Positions 10,727 to 21,613 are shown, numbered from the stretch's first letter. The stretch: DNA of 64,000 nt from Halarcobacter sp. (GCA_963676565.1 OY781089.1:1-64000); one strand, 5' to 3'. Translations and numbers: made by a program. The notes: generated by a model from the letters alone, not told the origin.

Positions 10727-13072
10727 TTGAGTTTAGCAAAAGATTACTTTTTACTTTATCATGGAATAAATGATATTGAACAAACAACAACTTATGGAAC
10801 AAACGAAAATAAAGATGAAGATAGTTTTTTTGATATCGCATCGTTAATACTATCTACAAATAAAAAAGCATATGAAAAATATTCAACTTTGGAAAACTTC
10901 CAAAAACTCGTTTCACAAGTAACAAATAAAGAAGTAAAATCTATTGATGATTTATACCAATTACAATTTTGTCTAATTGATGCTATTGGAAATGATACGA
11001 AAAATTCTCATATTGAAACTATGCATAGCAGTTTTAAATACCTAAATAAAGAAAAAATTATTGGAAGTTTTGAATATAACAAACTAGTATCTTTATTTGA
11101 TCCAAATGAATTAAATTTAGCAGATGAAGATTCTTTTAATGAAATTGATATTGATGAAAAAAATGAAGAGAAAAAACCTTTTAATGAAGCAAAAATTGAA
11201 TTAGAAACAACTCTTAATGAACTTGAAGAATTGTTTTCTACAAAAGATTTTATTGATGAATTAAAAGAAGCTAAAACTTATTTAAATAATCAAAAGTTTT
11301 CAATTGGAATTACAGGGGTAATGAACGCAGGTAAATCTACAATGTTAAATGCACTAATGGGTCAAGAACTATTAGGAAGTGCAGTTGTTCCTGAAACAGC
11401 AAACTTAACAATTGTAAAACATGGAAAACCATCAGCGAATGTATTTTATTGGAATAAAGATGAATGGAATAGAATAGAAAAAACAGCAGAATCTATTGAA
11501 TCTATAAAAGAGTTTGTTAATGAAACAAAAAAAATATTTGGTGATGAACTTAATGAACTAATTAAAGAGGAATCTGTTAGCCAAGAAGTAGATGTAAATC
11601 AATTAGCATTATATACATCAGCAGAAGCTAGTGGTAAAAAATGTAATTTAATTAAATATGTTGAATTAAAATCAGACTTAAATTTTTTAAATGATAGTAT
11701 AGAGATTGTTGATACTCCAGGACTTGATGACCCTGTTATTCAAAGAGAAGAGATTACAAAAGAGTATTTAGCTGCTTGTGATTTAATGCTTCATTTGATG
11801 AATGTAAGTCAAAGTGCTACACTAAAAGATGTAGAATTTATAATTGATTCACTTTTATATCAAAATATTACAAAATTACTAATAGTGATAACAAGGGCAG
11901 ATACAGTATCAAAAGAACAACTTCAAGAAGTTATTAACTATACAAAATCTTCAATTGAGATACAACTAAAAAAACAAAACAAAGATAGTAAATTAGACTA
12001 TATTTTAGAGCATATTAAATTTATTCCTATTTCAGGGAAAATGGCTCTTTTACATAGAACAGGTAAAGAAAAAGAAGCTTTAGATGCTGGCTTTAAACTT
12101 GAAGATACAGGAATTTTAGAGATTGAAGAGTATTTAAATGATACTTTATTTGGTACAGAATCTTCAAAATCAGATTTAATTATAAAAGGGACTAAATCTC
12201 AAGTTCTAAAAACTATTACTAAAGAGATTAAATCATACAACTATGAACTTATTTTATTAAATAAATCCAAAGAGGAATTAGAAGCTGATTTAGAAGATTT
12301 TACAAAGAAAAAAGAAACAAATAAAAGAATATTTGCAAGTTTAAATGAAGATATAAATCTATATAAAAAAGATGCAAGAAATTATCTAGAAACTTTGGAA
12401 ACTTTTTTAACAACAGAATTAATTGATTTAAAAAATGTAATTAAACAAAGGGTGTTTAATGATGTTAAATACTCTTTTGAAAAAACAAAGAAAAGACCAG
12501 AGAGTTCAAGAATTAAAACTATAATTGAAACTGCAATAAAAGATGGTATCATAGATGTAATTAGGGACTATAGATATAAATTTATCAAAAAAGGCCAAAG
12601 TATTGGTGAAATTTGTGAACAAAAATATCAAGACTTAGGTTTTGTATTAGGGCATAAAAACGATAATTTTGATGCAAGAGGATTTTTTCAAGATGACTTT
12701 AAATCTGGATTTTTAACCTCTTCAAATGAGGTTTTAATTGGAAAAATTACAAATGAAGTTAAAGGCTCAAAGGCTAATAAACTTCCAGAATTAGATAGAA
12801 AAATTGAAGCTCATATTAAAGACGAATTTGAAAGTATTGAAAAGAATATCAAAGAAAAAGCAAATGATATTTCAAATATCTTGATTGATAATTTCTTTAC
12901 TCAAATTTCTGAACCACTAAAAGTTTTTGAACATAAACTAAAAAAAGATGAAAAATCTTTACAAGATAGATTAGCAAACTTTGAAGAGAAAGAATCAAAT
13001 AAAGAAGAGTTAACAATTGAAATTCATAAAAAAATCAAAAGATTAGAGAACATTAGCAGAGGACTTAAATAA
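10727..13072 (+). CDS. Bacterial dynamin-like GTPase 1 (C. jejuni DLP1-like)
   Basis: G1 GVMNAGKST, G2 VPET, G3 DTPG, G4 TRAD, long helical tail; start probably TTG 10727 after AAGGA (ATG 10718 is an alternative). Confidence 0.85.
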   Translation: MSLAKDYFLLYHGINDIEQTTTYGTNENKDEDSFFDIASLILSTNKKAYEKYSTLENFQKLVSQVTNKEVKSIDDLYQLQFCLIDAIGNDTKNSHIETMHSSFKYLNKEKIIGSFEYNKLVSLFDPNELNLADEDSFNEIDIDEKNEEKKPFNEAKIELETTLNELEELFSTKDFIDELKEAKTYLNNQKFSIGITGVMNAGKSTMLNALMGQELLGSAVVPETANLTIVKHGKPSANVFYWNKDEWNRIEKTAESIESIKEFVNETKKIFGDELNELIKEESVSQEVDVNQLALYTSAEASGKKCNLIKYVELKSDLNFLNDSIEIVDTPGLDDPVIQREEITKEYLAACDLMLHLMNVSQSATLKDVEFIIDSLLYQNITKLLIVITRADTVSKEQLQEVINYTKSSIEIQLKKQNKDSKLDYILEHIKFIPISGKMALLHRTGKEKEALDAGFKLEDTGILEIEEYLNDTLFGTESSKSDLIIKGTKSQVLKTITKEIKSYNYELILLNKSKEELEADLEDFTKKKETNKRIFASLNEDINLYKKDARNYLETLETFLTTELIDLKNVIKQRVFNDVKYSFEKTKKRPESSRIKTIIETAIKDGIIDVIRDYRYKFIKKGQSIGEICEQKYQDLGFVLGHKNDNFDARGFFQDDFKSGFLTSSNEVLIGKITNEVKGSKANKLPELDRKIEAHIKDEFESIEKNIKEKANDISNILIDNFFTQISEPLKVFEHKLKKDEKSLQDRLANFEEKESNKEELTIEIHKKIKRLENISRGLK

Positions 13073-15075
13073 TGAGTATATTAAGTGATTTTGTAAAAGA
13101 ATATAATTCAAAATTTGTTGCTAAAAAGGTAGTATATGAAGAGGGTTTAGTTGGGGATATAAAAAAAGTAAAAGATAAATTACTTGATGAAAAATTCCTT
13201 CCTTCTGTTCAATTAAAACAAATCTTAGATAAGCAAATAAGACGTGCAAGATACCCTATGGAAGTAGCTATTACTGGACAGTTTTCATCAGGTAAGTCAA
13301 CATTCTTAAATGCCCTACTTTCAAGAAATATTTTACCTACAGGTATTACTCCTGTTACTTCAAAGGTAAATTTTATAAACTATGGGGAAGAGTATAAATT
13401 AAAAATTACGTATTATTCAGGGGCTCAAGAGTATGCTCCAATTGAAGCAATTGCTGATTTTACTGACCAAAGACAAGATGAAATGAGTGATATTAAATAC
13501 CTTACTTTATATGCTCCAATGGATATTTTAAAAGATATCTCTTTTGTTGATACTCCAGGGCTTAATTCACAATCTCAAAGTGATACAGATACTACAAGAA
13601 AAGTGTTAAGAGATGTTGGCGGAATCATTTGGTTAACCCTTATTGATAATGCAGGGAAAATGTCAGAAGCTGAAGTTTTAGAAGAGTATATGGAACACTT
13701 TAAAAACAAATCTTTATGTGTATTAAATCAAAAAGATAAATTTTCCCAAGAACAAATTGAAACAACAACAAAATATGTTAGTGAAAAATTTGATAAATAT
13801 TTTGCTGAAGTTATTCCAATTTCTGCAAAAATGGCACTTGAATCAAGATCTTTACATAAAGAAGTACTAATTCAAGATAAACAAGAACATTTATTACAAG
13901 AGATAAAATCATCACTAAACACTGATGTTGCATCCATAGCTACTAAACTTGATAATTATTTTAAAGATGTTGAAGAGATTAATAATGTTGATACATCAAA
14001 TAATGATAAAATTTTAGAAGAATCAAATATCCAAAAAGTTCTTGATTTTATTGATAATACAATTAGACCTCAAGCAAAAGATTCGAAAGAGTATGCTATC
14101 AAAAAAGATTTGAAAGGTATTTGTGATATTTTAGTTAAAGAGTATGAAACTATTATTGGAGTTTATGATTCTTTATATGAGATTTTGGAAGATTCGGAAG
14201 AAGAAATTTTACAAGATTTTGATGAGATTCATAAAACATATTCAAAAGAGCTTTTTACTATTTATAACTCTTTAGAAGGAATTATGGAAAAAATGGCCCA
14301 TGAAACATATAAAAATATCAAAAAGCAAAAAAGTAATAGATTTGAAGAAAAAAGTGGGTTTTTAGGTAAAAATACTATTGAAAAAATTGAATATGAGACA
14401 TACTGGATTGATTCAGATAATGTATATAAAAGTCTATTTTATGATGACCAAACTATCGATAAGATGTTTAAAAAATCTATAAAAGAATTAAAACAAATTG
14501 AATTAAGTACTTCAGAAGCATTCAGAGATGTATTTAGAAAAATTAAGTATAAAGTTCATAGATGGCAAGAGCCATATGAACTAATCAAAAAAAATAGAGA
14601 GATTGCATCTGATTTAGAATTTTCTTTAACTAGACACTTTGCAGCAAAAGTGTATGAAAATGTTCTGAGATCTTACCATAGAGCAATTTTAGAAAACATC
14701 TCAGCTCTTAGAAAAAAATTTGCTTATTTTAATGGAGCATTATCTTATTCATATATACAAACTACACAAGCTACAATTGCTCATTTTGAACAACAAATTT
14801 CAGAATCAGTTGAATTATATGAAAAAGAGCCAACAAAATTTACAATATACCATCCAAGGGAAGATGAAATTCTTACTAAGTTAAAAGCAAATTTTGGTTT
14901 TGAAAAAATTGAAGATTTTTTAACTTCAAAAAGAAACTACTTATTTAAAATTATTCACTATTCAAAAAACCAATATTTAGAGATAAATAATGATAGAATC
15001 GAATTTATTCAATCTAAAAAAGAACAATATATTAAAAAAATAAAAGAGCTTAAAGAAATAAAAAGTGAAGTTTAA
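13072..15075 (+). CDS. Bacterial dynamin-like GTPase 2 (C. jejuni DLP2-like)
   Basis: GQFSSGKST, LPTGITPVT, DTPGLNS, NQKD; start overlaps the upstream stop (TAATG). Confidence 0.87.
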   Translation: MSILSDFVKEYNSKFVAKKVVYEEGLVGDIKKVKDKLLDEKFLPSVQLKQILDKQIRRARYPMEVAITGQFSSGKSTFLNALLSRNILPTGITPVTSKVNFINYGEEYKLKITYYSGAQEYAPIEAIADFTDQRQDEMSDIKYLTLYAPMDILKDISFVDTPGLNSQSQSDTDTTRKVLRDVGGIIWLTLIDNAGKMSEAEVLEEYMEHFKNKSLCVLNQKDKFSQEQIETTTKYVSEKFDKYFAEVIPISAKMALESRSLHKEVLIQDKQEHLLQEIKSSLNTDVASIATKLDNYFKDVEEINNVDTSNNDKILEESNIQKVLDFIDNTIRPQAKDSKEYAIKKDLKGICDILVKEYETIIGVYDSLYEILEDSEEEILQDFDEIHKTYSKELFTIYNSLEGIMEKMAHETYKNIKKQKSNRFEEKSGFLGKNTIEKIEYETYWIDSDNVYKSLFYDDQTIDKMFKKSIKELKQIELSTSEAFRDVFRKIKYKVHRWQEPYELIKKNREIASDLEFSLTRHFAAKVYENVLRSYHRAILENISALRKKFAYFNGALSYSYIQTTQATIAHFEQQISESVELYEKEPTKFTIYHPREDEILTKLKANFGFEKIEDFLTSKRNYLFKIIHYSKNQYLEINNDRIEFIQSKKEQYIKKIKELKEIKSEV

Positions 15076-15144
15076 ACTTCACTTTAAATACATATTGATA
15101 TTTCCTTAGATATAATTTCAAGAATTATCTTATAAGGATGTTTT

Positions 15145-16173
15145 TTGTATAAAAAAGTTTTTATTGAAACCTTTGATTCTATTTTTAAAAATTTTGACAA
15201 GTTACTGATAAAGCTCTTTTTACCAACTTTTATTATCACATTATTAAACTTTTCATTTCCAAAACTACTCTCTATGGAATTTCTTAATAATACCGATATT
15301 TCCAATTTAGATATAAATCAATTACTTTTACCATCAATTGTTATATTTATTTTAATTATGACAAATATCTCTATAGCTGTGACAGTGCACCGTATAGCAA
15401 TACTTGGAATAGATTCAGTTCCAACTTTTGGTTCTGTTATTTTTGGATATAGAGAATTTAAAATGTTATTTAGAATTATTCAATATTCTATTATTGTTGC
15501 AATACCTTTAGTTTTAGTTTCATTGATTCCCCTTGTAGGAATTTTCATTGCAATATTTTTAAGTATTATTTTAACAAGTAGATTATCTTTAGTTTTCCCA
15601 GCATCTGCCTGCGATGAGAAGTTTGGCTTTTTAAGTGCGTGGAGAGCTACAAGTAGATATAAATTACTTACAATTGTGATGGTAATATTATTTCCTTTAC
15701 TTTTTTCATTTACTGTTGGTTTAGTTTACACATTAGCAATTGAATTTTTGATTGAAATTATAAGTTCTAACTTATCATTTCTTTATTCAATTTTAGATGT
15801 ATTTCTTACTGTTTTTTTTGTTTCTGCTTTATCAAGTGTTTATAACTTAGTAAATCCAAGACCCTTAAATGAAAGTTTAAAAGATTTAGAACAAACAAAA
15901 AAGGAGATAAGAATATCTTCAAGAAATGATTATCACAAAGTTACAATTGATGACAAATATAAAACTAGTTTTGAGTCTTTAAAAAAAGAATTATATGATC
16001 AATATAAAGTACTTGGTTTTACAGATATTGTATATGAGAGACCAAATTCTTGGATCTTAAAAAACCCCAATGAAGAGATACCATTTATTTCCCTAAGATA
16101 TGAAAATAATGAATATTTTATATATGTAAAAAGTAGTGTAAAACCAAAGTTGTCAATATTGAAAAAACCATAA
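15145..16173 (+). CDS. Hypothetical multi-pass membrane protein with soluble C-terminal domain
   Basis: About six hydrophobic segments in the first ~235 aa, hydrophilic last ~100 aa; TTG start after AAGGA. Confidence 0.6.
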   Translation: MYKKVFIETFDSIFKNFDKLLIKLFLPTFIITLLNFSFPKLLSMEFLNNTDISNLDINQLLLPSIVIFILIMTNISIAVTVHRIAILGIDSVPTFGSVIFGYREFKMLFRIIQYSIIVAIPLVLVSLIPLVGIFIAIFLSIILTSRLSLVFPASACDEKFGFLSAWRATSRYKLLTIVMVILFPLLFSFTVGLVYTLAIEFLIEIISSNLSFLYSILDVFLTVFFVSALSSVYNLVNPRPLNESLKDLEQTKKEIRISSRNDYHKVTIDDKYKTSFESLKKELYDQYKVLGFTDIVYERPNSWILKNPNEEIPFISLRYENNEYFIYVKSSVKPKLSILKKP

Positions 16174-16379
16174 GCAAATTATTTTTTTTTTATTATTACA
16201 AATATAAATTAGATGGCCATTTTAAACTTAATATAATATTAGAATTGCGATTGTGTCAATACTTCGCACTTAACAAAAAAAAGATATAAACTAGTAACAT
16301 AATTGATAAACTTAACACTTGTTTAACTCAAAATGTGGGAAAATCCGATTATATTAATTAATTAAAAAATGGAGATAAA

Positions 16380-18032
16380 ATGAACGCATCAGATTTATTT
16401 ATTAAGGCGTTAGAAAATGAGGGTGTTGAATATATTTTTGGTATTCCCGGGGAAGAAAATCTAGACTTACTAGAAGCACTTAGGAAATCAGATAAAATCA
16501 AATTAATTTTAACAAGACATGAACAAGGTGCAGGTTTTATGGCTGCAACTTACGGAAGACTAACAGGGAAAGTTGGTGTATGTGTTTCTACATTGGGACC
16601 AGGTGCTACTAACTTTGCAACAGCAGCTGCTTATGCACAGCTTGGTGGTATGCCAATGATGATGATTACAGGGCAAAAACCAATCAAAAAATCTAAACAA
16701 GGTAGATTCCAAATTGTTGATATCGTTGGTATGATGAAACCAATGACTAAATACGCTAAACAAGTTGTAAATGGAAATAATGTTCCATCTATGATTAGAG
16801 AAGCATTTAAAATTGCAACAACTGAAAGACCAGGTGCAGTTCATATTGAATTCCCTGAAGATATCTCAGCAGAAGAAGATGTAGAAGATAATGTATATCC
16901 AGTACAAAAGTTCAAATACCCATATGCTGAAAAATCTGCAATCTTAGATGCAGTTAAAATGATTGAAAAAGCAAAAAGACCATTATTATGTATTGGTGGT
17001 GGGGCAAATAGAAGTAGAATAGGAAATGCATTAACTGATTTTGTTAATGATACTGGAATTCCATTCTTCTCTACTCAAATGGGTAAAGGTGTAATTGATG
17101 AAAACCATAAATTATGTTTAAGTACTGCTGCATTATCAAAAGATGACTTTATTCACTGTGCAATTGAAAGAGCAGACTTAATTATCAATGTTGGTCATGA
17201 TGTTATTGAAAAGCCACCATTTTTTATGGAAAATAAACCAGATGCAACAAAAGTATTACATGTAAACTTTTTCCCATCAGAAGTTGATGATACATATTTC
17301 CCACAAATGGACCTATTAGGTGACATTGCAAAAAATATGGAACAAATTACAAATGCTATTTCTAAACAAGAGCACTGGGATTTTGATTACTATATTAGAC
17401 TTGCAGATGAGATTAGAACAAGACTTTCTAAATACTTTGGTGATACTAGATTCCCAATTTTACCTCAAAAAGCAGTTAGAACAATTAGAGAAATTTTAGA
17501 TGATGAAGATATTGTAACACTTGATAATGGTGTATATAAAATCTGGTTTGCAAGAAACTACAGATGTGCAAAACCTAATACTTTATTATTAGATAATGCT
17601 CTTGCAACAATGGGTGCTGGACTTCCATCAGCAATGGCAGCAAAAATGGTTAATCCAGATAAAAAAGTTGTTGCAGTTTGTGGAGATGGTGGGTTTATGA
17701 TGAATGACCAAGAATTAGAGACAGCTGTGAGATTAGGACTTGATTTAACTTGTATTATATTAAATGACAACGCATACGGTATGATTAAATGGAAACAATC
17801 AGGTATGGGATTCGATAACTTTGGACTTGATTTACAAAATCCTGACTTCGTTAAATTTGCAGAAGCATTTGGAGCAAATGGATATAGACCAGAATCTTGT
17901 GAAGAATTTGCTGAAATTCTAGATAAATGTGTAAACAGTAAAGGTGTACACCTAATTGATCTTGCAGTTGATTATTCACTTAACCATACAATTTTAAATG
18001 AACTATTAGCTAAAAAAGCTTGTATGATTTAA
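16380..18032 (+). CDS. ThDP-dependent enzyme, acetolactate synthase large-subunit-like family; possible 2-oxoglutarate decarboxylase
   Basis: IFGIPGEEN, RHEQGAGFMA, GPGATN, GDGGF..NDNAYGMI ThDP motif; no adjacent regulatory small subunit. Confidence 0.88.
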   Translation: MNASDLFIKALENEGVEYIFGIPGEENLDLLEALRKSDKIKLILTRHEQGAGFMAATYGRLTGKVGVCVSTLGPGATNFATAAAYAQLGGMPMMMITGQKPIKKSKQGRFQIVDIVGMMKPMTKYAKQVVNGNNVPSMIREAFKIATTERPGAVHIEFPEDISAEEDVEDNVYPVQKFKYPYAEKSAILDAVKMIEKAKRPLLCIGGGANRSRIGNALTDFVNDTGIPFFSTQMGKGVIDENHKLCLSTAALSKDDFIHCAIERADLIINVGHDVIEKPPFFMENKPDATKVLHVNFFPSEVDDTYFPQMDLLGDIAKNMEQITNAISKQEHWDFDYYIRLADEIRTRLSKYFGDTRFPILPQKAVRTIREILDDEDIVTLDNGVYKIWFARNYRCAKPNTLLLDNALATMGAGLPSAMAAKMVNPDKKVVAVCGDGGFMMNDQELETAVRLGLDLTCIILNDNAYGMIKWKQSGMGFDNFGLDLQNPDFVKFAEAFGANGYRPESCEEFAEILDKCVNSKGVHLIDLAVDYSLNHTILNELLAKKACMI

Positions 18033-18053
18033 TCAAAATTTTAAAGAAGAAGG

Positions 18054-19439
18054 AAATAAATGAGTACAATAGAAGTAACATCACCATTTGATGGAAAAGT
18101 AGTAGGAAGTGTACCTTTTACAGATGTAGAAGGTGTTCAAAAAGCAATTGATACTGCTTATGAAAAGTTTTTAGATAAAGATAACTGGATTCCTAAGCAT
18201 AAAAGAATAGAAATCTTAGAAAACTTAATGGGTATTATGTCTTCTCAGGTTGAAGAATTAACTATCCTTTGTGCTTCTGAAGGTGGTAAACCTTACATGG
18301 ATTCTAAAGTTGAAATTCAAAGAGCTATCAATGGTGTTAAAATCGCTATTGAGCAAATTGGTGCTATTGAAGGTCAAGAAATTGCTATGGGTCATACTGC
18401 TTCATCTGCAAACAGAATGGCTTATACTATGAAAGAACCTATTGGGGTTGTTGCTGCAATATCAGCATTTAACCACCCATTTAACTTAGCTATTCACCAA
18501 GTAATCCCAGCTATTGCTGTTGGTTGTCCTGTTATTATCAGACCTGCAACTCAAACTCCTATGTCTGCTGTTAAATTAGTTGAATTATTAAAAGAAGCTG
18601 GTTTACCTGAAGGTTGGGCTCAAGCTGTTGTTTGTGACAGAGCTGGAGGAGAGTTATTAGTTACATCTCCAAAAACTGCTTTCTTTACATTTATTGGTTC
18701 TGGACCTGTTGGATGGTATTTAAATTCTAAGGCATCTCCTGGAACTAGATCTGCTTTAGAGCATGGTGGAGTTGCTCCTGTTATTGTTGAGCCTGATGCT
18801 GATATTGAAGCTATGATTCCTGATTTAGGAAAAGGTGGTTTTTATCATGCTGGTCAAGTTTGTGTATCAGTTCAAAGAATCTTTGTTCACGAATCAATTG
18901 CAGACGATATTGCAAACAGATTAGCTGATTATGCTAAGAACTTAGTTGTTGGAGATCAATTAGATCCTAAAACTGAGGTTGGTCCACTAATTAACCACAA
19001 CGAAGTTAACAGAGTTGAAGAGTGGGTTAATGAAGCTGTTGAAAAAGGTGGAAAAATTTTAACTGGTGGAAAAAGAATTTCTGATTCTTTATATGAGCCA
19101 ACAGTTATTGTTAATCCTTCTGACGATGCTATTATTTCACAAAAAGAGATTTTTGGTCCTGTAGTTGTTGTTTATTCATACAAAACTTTAGATGAGGCTA
19201 TCAACAGAGCTAATCAACTTGATGTTTCATTCCAAGCTGCTGTATTTACTAAGAACATTGACACTGCACTTAAAGCTGTTAAGAGATTAAATGGTACTGC
19301 TGTTATGGTTAACGACCATACTGCATTTAGAGTTGACTGGATGCCTTTTGGTGGTGCTAAAACTTCTGGTTTAGGTTTAGGTGGTATCCCTGATTCTATG
19401 AACGAAATGCAAAACCAAAAGCTTATGGTTATTAAATCT
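18054..19439 (+). repeat. 1,386-bp direct repeat, copy A (ALDH coding sequence)
   Basis: Matches 33802-35187 wherever compared by eye; the proteins differ only in the last three residues. Confidence 0.92.
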
Positions 19440-19451
19440 CCATCACTTTAA
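18060..19451 (+). CDS. Aldehyde dehydrogenase, copy 1; probable succinate-semialdehyde dehydrogenase
   Basis: FNHPFN, LEHGGVAP, HAGQVCVS catalytic Cys, EIFGP, MPFGG.K.SG. Confidence 0.9.
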   Translation: MSTIEVTSPFDGKVVGSVPFTDVEGVQKAIDTAYEKFLDKDNWIPKHKRIEILENLMGIMSSQVEELTILCASEGGKPYMDSKVEIQRAINGVKIAIEQIGAIEGQEIAMGHTASSANRMAYTMKEPIGVVAAISAFNHPFNLAIHQVIPAIAVGCPVIIRPATQTPMSAVKLVELLKEAGLPEGWAQAVVCDRAGGELLVTSPKTAFFTFIGSGPVGWYLNSKASPGTRSALEHGGVAPVIVEPDADIEAMIPDLGKGGFYHAGQVCVSVQRIFVHESIADDIANRLADYAKNLVVGDQLDPKTEVGPLINHNEVNRVEEWVNEAVEKGGKILTGGKRISDSLYEPTVIVNPSDDAIISQKEIFGPVVVVYSYKTLDEAINRANQLDVSFQAAVFTKNIDTALKAVKRLNGTAVMVNDHTAFRVDWMPFGGAKTSGLGLGGIPDSMNEMQNQKLMVIKSPSL

Positions 19452-19455
19452 TATT

Positions 19456-19480
19456 AAAAGAAGAGTATATCTCTTCTTTT
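19456..19480. terminator. Bidirectional terminator between convergent ALDH and response regulator genes
   Basis: AAAAGAAGAG-TATAT-CTCTTCTTTT. Confidence 0.75.
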
Positions 19481-19505
19481 AATTAACTTACACTACTTAA
19501 AGCTT

Positions 19506-20255
19506 TTATACTTCGTGGGTATATCCCAAACCATAAATATTTTTAATATGTAAGCCAGGAACTTTTTTTCTTAATCTATATATTAAACTTTTTAAATGAG
19601 TAATATCAGGATTTAAATCAAACTCTTCAAACCAGATAGTATTTATAAGTTCATCAACGGTACAAATCTTCCCATTATTATTTAAAATAGTTTTTACAAA
19701 CCTTATCTCATTTTTTGTTAATTCAATAATTTTATCATTCTCTATTAATTTATTTTTATCTTTATCCCAAATTAAAGTTTCATTGATTCTAACAATACTA
19801 CTATCTTCATTTTTATTATTATGATAAATCTCATTGCAAAGTTTAAACATATCATCTAGGAAAGTTGAGTAATCGATAGGTTTTGTAAAAAATTGATGAA
19901 TTCCTAAATTAACTAAAGGAAGAAGATATTTAAACTCATTTCTAGCTGAAAGAATTACTACCTTTTGATCTTTTTTTATTTTATACAAAGAATCAACTAA
20001 TTCTATCCCATCAAAATTTGGCATCTTAATATCTGAAATTACTAAATCATAATAAGAATTTGTTTCTTTAAAATACTCTTTGTATTTATTTAAAGCGTCC
20101 ATTCCATCAACTGCAGTCTCTACTTTAGGGAAGATATCTTGAAGTAATTCAGTAAATTCTTTTCTAAAATCAGTATCATCTTCAACAAAAAGAATAACCA
20201 TATTTCTAGTATATTTTTTTAATAAACCATAGTCCACTAAAACCCTTTTTTTCAA
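19506..20255 (-). CDS. OmpR/PhoB-family response regulator
   Basis: Receiver domain (VEDD, SDIKMP, LSA, KP) plus winged helix (LTKNE, LIYRLRKK, IYGLGY); exact start uncertain. Confidence 0.9.
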   Translation of the reverse strand: MKKRVLVDYGLLKKYTRNMVILFVEDDTDFRKEFTELLQDIFPKVETAVDGMDALNKYKEYFKETNSYYDLVISDIKMPNFDGIELVDSLYKIKKDQKVVILSARNEFKYLLPLVNLGIHQFFTKPIDYSTFLDDMFKLCNEIYHNNKNEDSSIVRINETLIWDKDKNKLIENDKIIELTKNEIRFVKTILNNNGKICTVDELINTIWFEEFDLNPDITHLKSLIYRLRKKVPGLHIKNIYGLGYTHEV

Positions 20256-20365
20256 TAGATAGTCAATAAAATTTAAAGAATTTATATTATCATTTTGTTA
20301 CTTATATTAATGTATAAAGCTGTTTATATTTTATATACTCTATACTCATCTATGAAACAATATGG

Positions 20366-20395
20366 TACTATTTGACTACTATTTGTTGTTATACT
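20366..20395 (+). promoter_or_regulatory. 11-bp-period direct repeat plus -10 box upstream of the hybrid kinase
   Basis: TACTATTTG-AC-TACTATTTG, then TATACT at 20390-20395. Confidence 0.6.
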
Positions 20396-20419
20396 ACTAA
20401 AAAAGAAAAAAGAATTATT

Positions 20420-21613
20420 ATGATTGATAAACAAATTTTAAATAATATTAATGTACTTTACGCAGAAGATGAATCAATAATCCAAGAGGGTATAAAAGAA
20501 ACCCTCACTCTTTTTGGGATAAATGTAATATGTGCTCAAAATGGTCAAGAGGGATTAGAATTATTTAAAGAATATAATGAAAAAATAGATTTAATATTAA
20601 CCGATATAAAAATGCCAAAACTTGATGGCCTTGGTATGATTGAAAAGATTAGAGAGATAAATAGAGATATTCCTATCATAATCACTACTGCACACCAAGA
20701 AACTAGCTACTTAATGCAATCAATTGAATTAAATATTGATGCTTATGTACTTAAACCTATAAATATTTATAAACTAGAAGAAACCTTAATAAAAGCTATA
20801 GAACCTTCTATTTTAAAACAAAAGCTTATAGAAAAAAATAAAAAATTAGAAATTGAAATAGCAAAAAATGAAGAGAAACAAAAAATCATGGAAGCTCAAT
20901 CAAGATTTGCAGCAATGGGTGAAATGATAAGTATGATAGCCCACCAATGGAGACAACCTTTAGCTTCAATTGGAACTGCTTCATTTAATCTAAAATATAA
21001 ACTTCTTTCAGGAAAATTTGATTCAACTACAAAAGAAGGAAGGGAAGAACAAGCAGAGTTTTTTACTGGTAAACTTGATGAAATAGAGTTTTATGTTCAA
21101 AATCTCACTACAACAATTGATGACTTTAGAAATTTTTACAAAACAGATAAAACCCTTGTAAAAACGTCAATTGACAAATCAATAAAAAGCAGTTTAAAAA
21201 TTTTACAAAAAGACTTAGAAACTAATGATATTGAGATTAAATTAAATTTAGATAGTAAAAATATAATAAATATCTATGAAAATGAGATTACCCATGTATT
21301 TATAAATATTATAAAAAATGCCCAAGATAAATTTTTAGAAAAGAAAATAAAAAATGCCGTTTTAGAAATTACAACAAAAGATTTAAATGATGGAGTAGAA
21401 ATAGAGATTTATGATAATGGAGGAGCTTTTGAAAAAGATAACCTAGATGTTATCTTTGAACCATATTTTTCAACAAAAAAAGAAAAAAATGGAACTGGAA
21501 TTGGGCTTTATATGTCAAAGATAATAATTGAAAACAACCACAATGGTAAAATTAATGCAAAAAACATAAATGAAGGGGTCTCTTTCAATATAATTTTGCA
21601 TAGTATGATATAA
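20420..21613 (+). CDS. Cytoplasmic hybrid protein: receiver domain plus histidine kinase
   Basis: AEDE/TDIKMP/KP receiver, AHQWRQPL H-box, N box, DNGG, FEPYFSTK..GTGIGL; no TM segment; ATG 20420 preferred to TTG 20372. Confidence 0.9.
   Translation: MIDKQILNNINVLYAEDESIIQEGIKETLTLFGINVICAQNGQEGLELFKEYNEKIDLILTDIKMPKLDGLGMIEKIREINRDIPIIITTAHQETSYLMQSIELNIDAYVLKPINIYKLEETLIKAIEPSILKQKLIEKNKKLEIEIAKNEEKQKIMEAQSRFAAMGEMISMIAHQWRQPLASIGTASFNLKYKLLSGKFDSTTKEGREEQAEFFTGKLDEIEFYVQNLTTTIDDFRNFYKTDKTLVKTSIDKSIKSSLKILQKDLETNDIEIKLNLDSKNIINIYENEITHVFINIIKNAQDKFLEKKIKNAVLEITTKDLNDGVEIEIYDNGGAFEKDNLDVIFEPYFSTKKEKNGTGIGLYMSKIIIENNHNGKINAKNINEGVSFNIILHSMI

Noticed and set aside
16312..16344. TTAAC-N6-TTAAC repeat upstream of the ThDP enzyme as part of the TACT regulon
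   Set aside because: Different core sequence and no clear -10 at the matching distance
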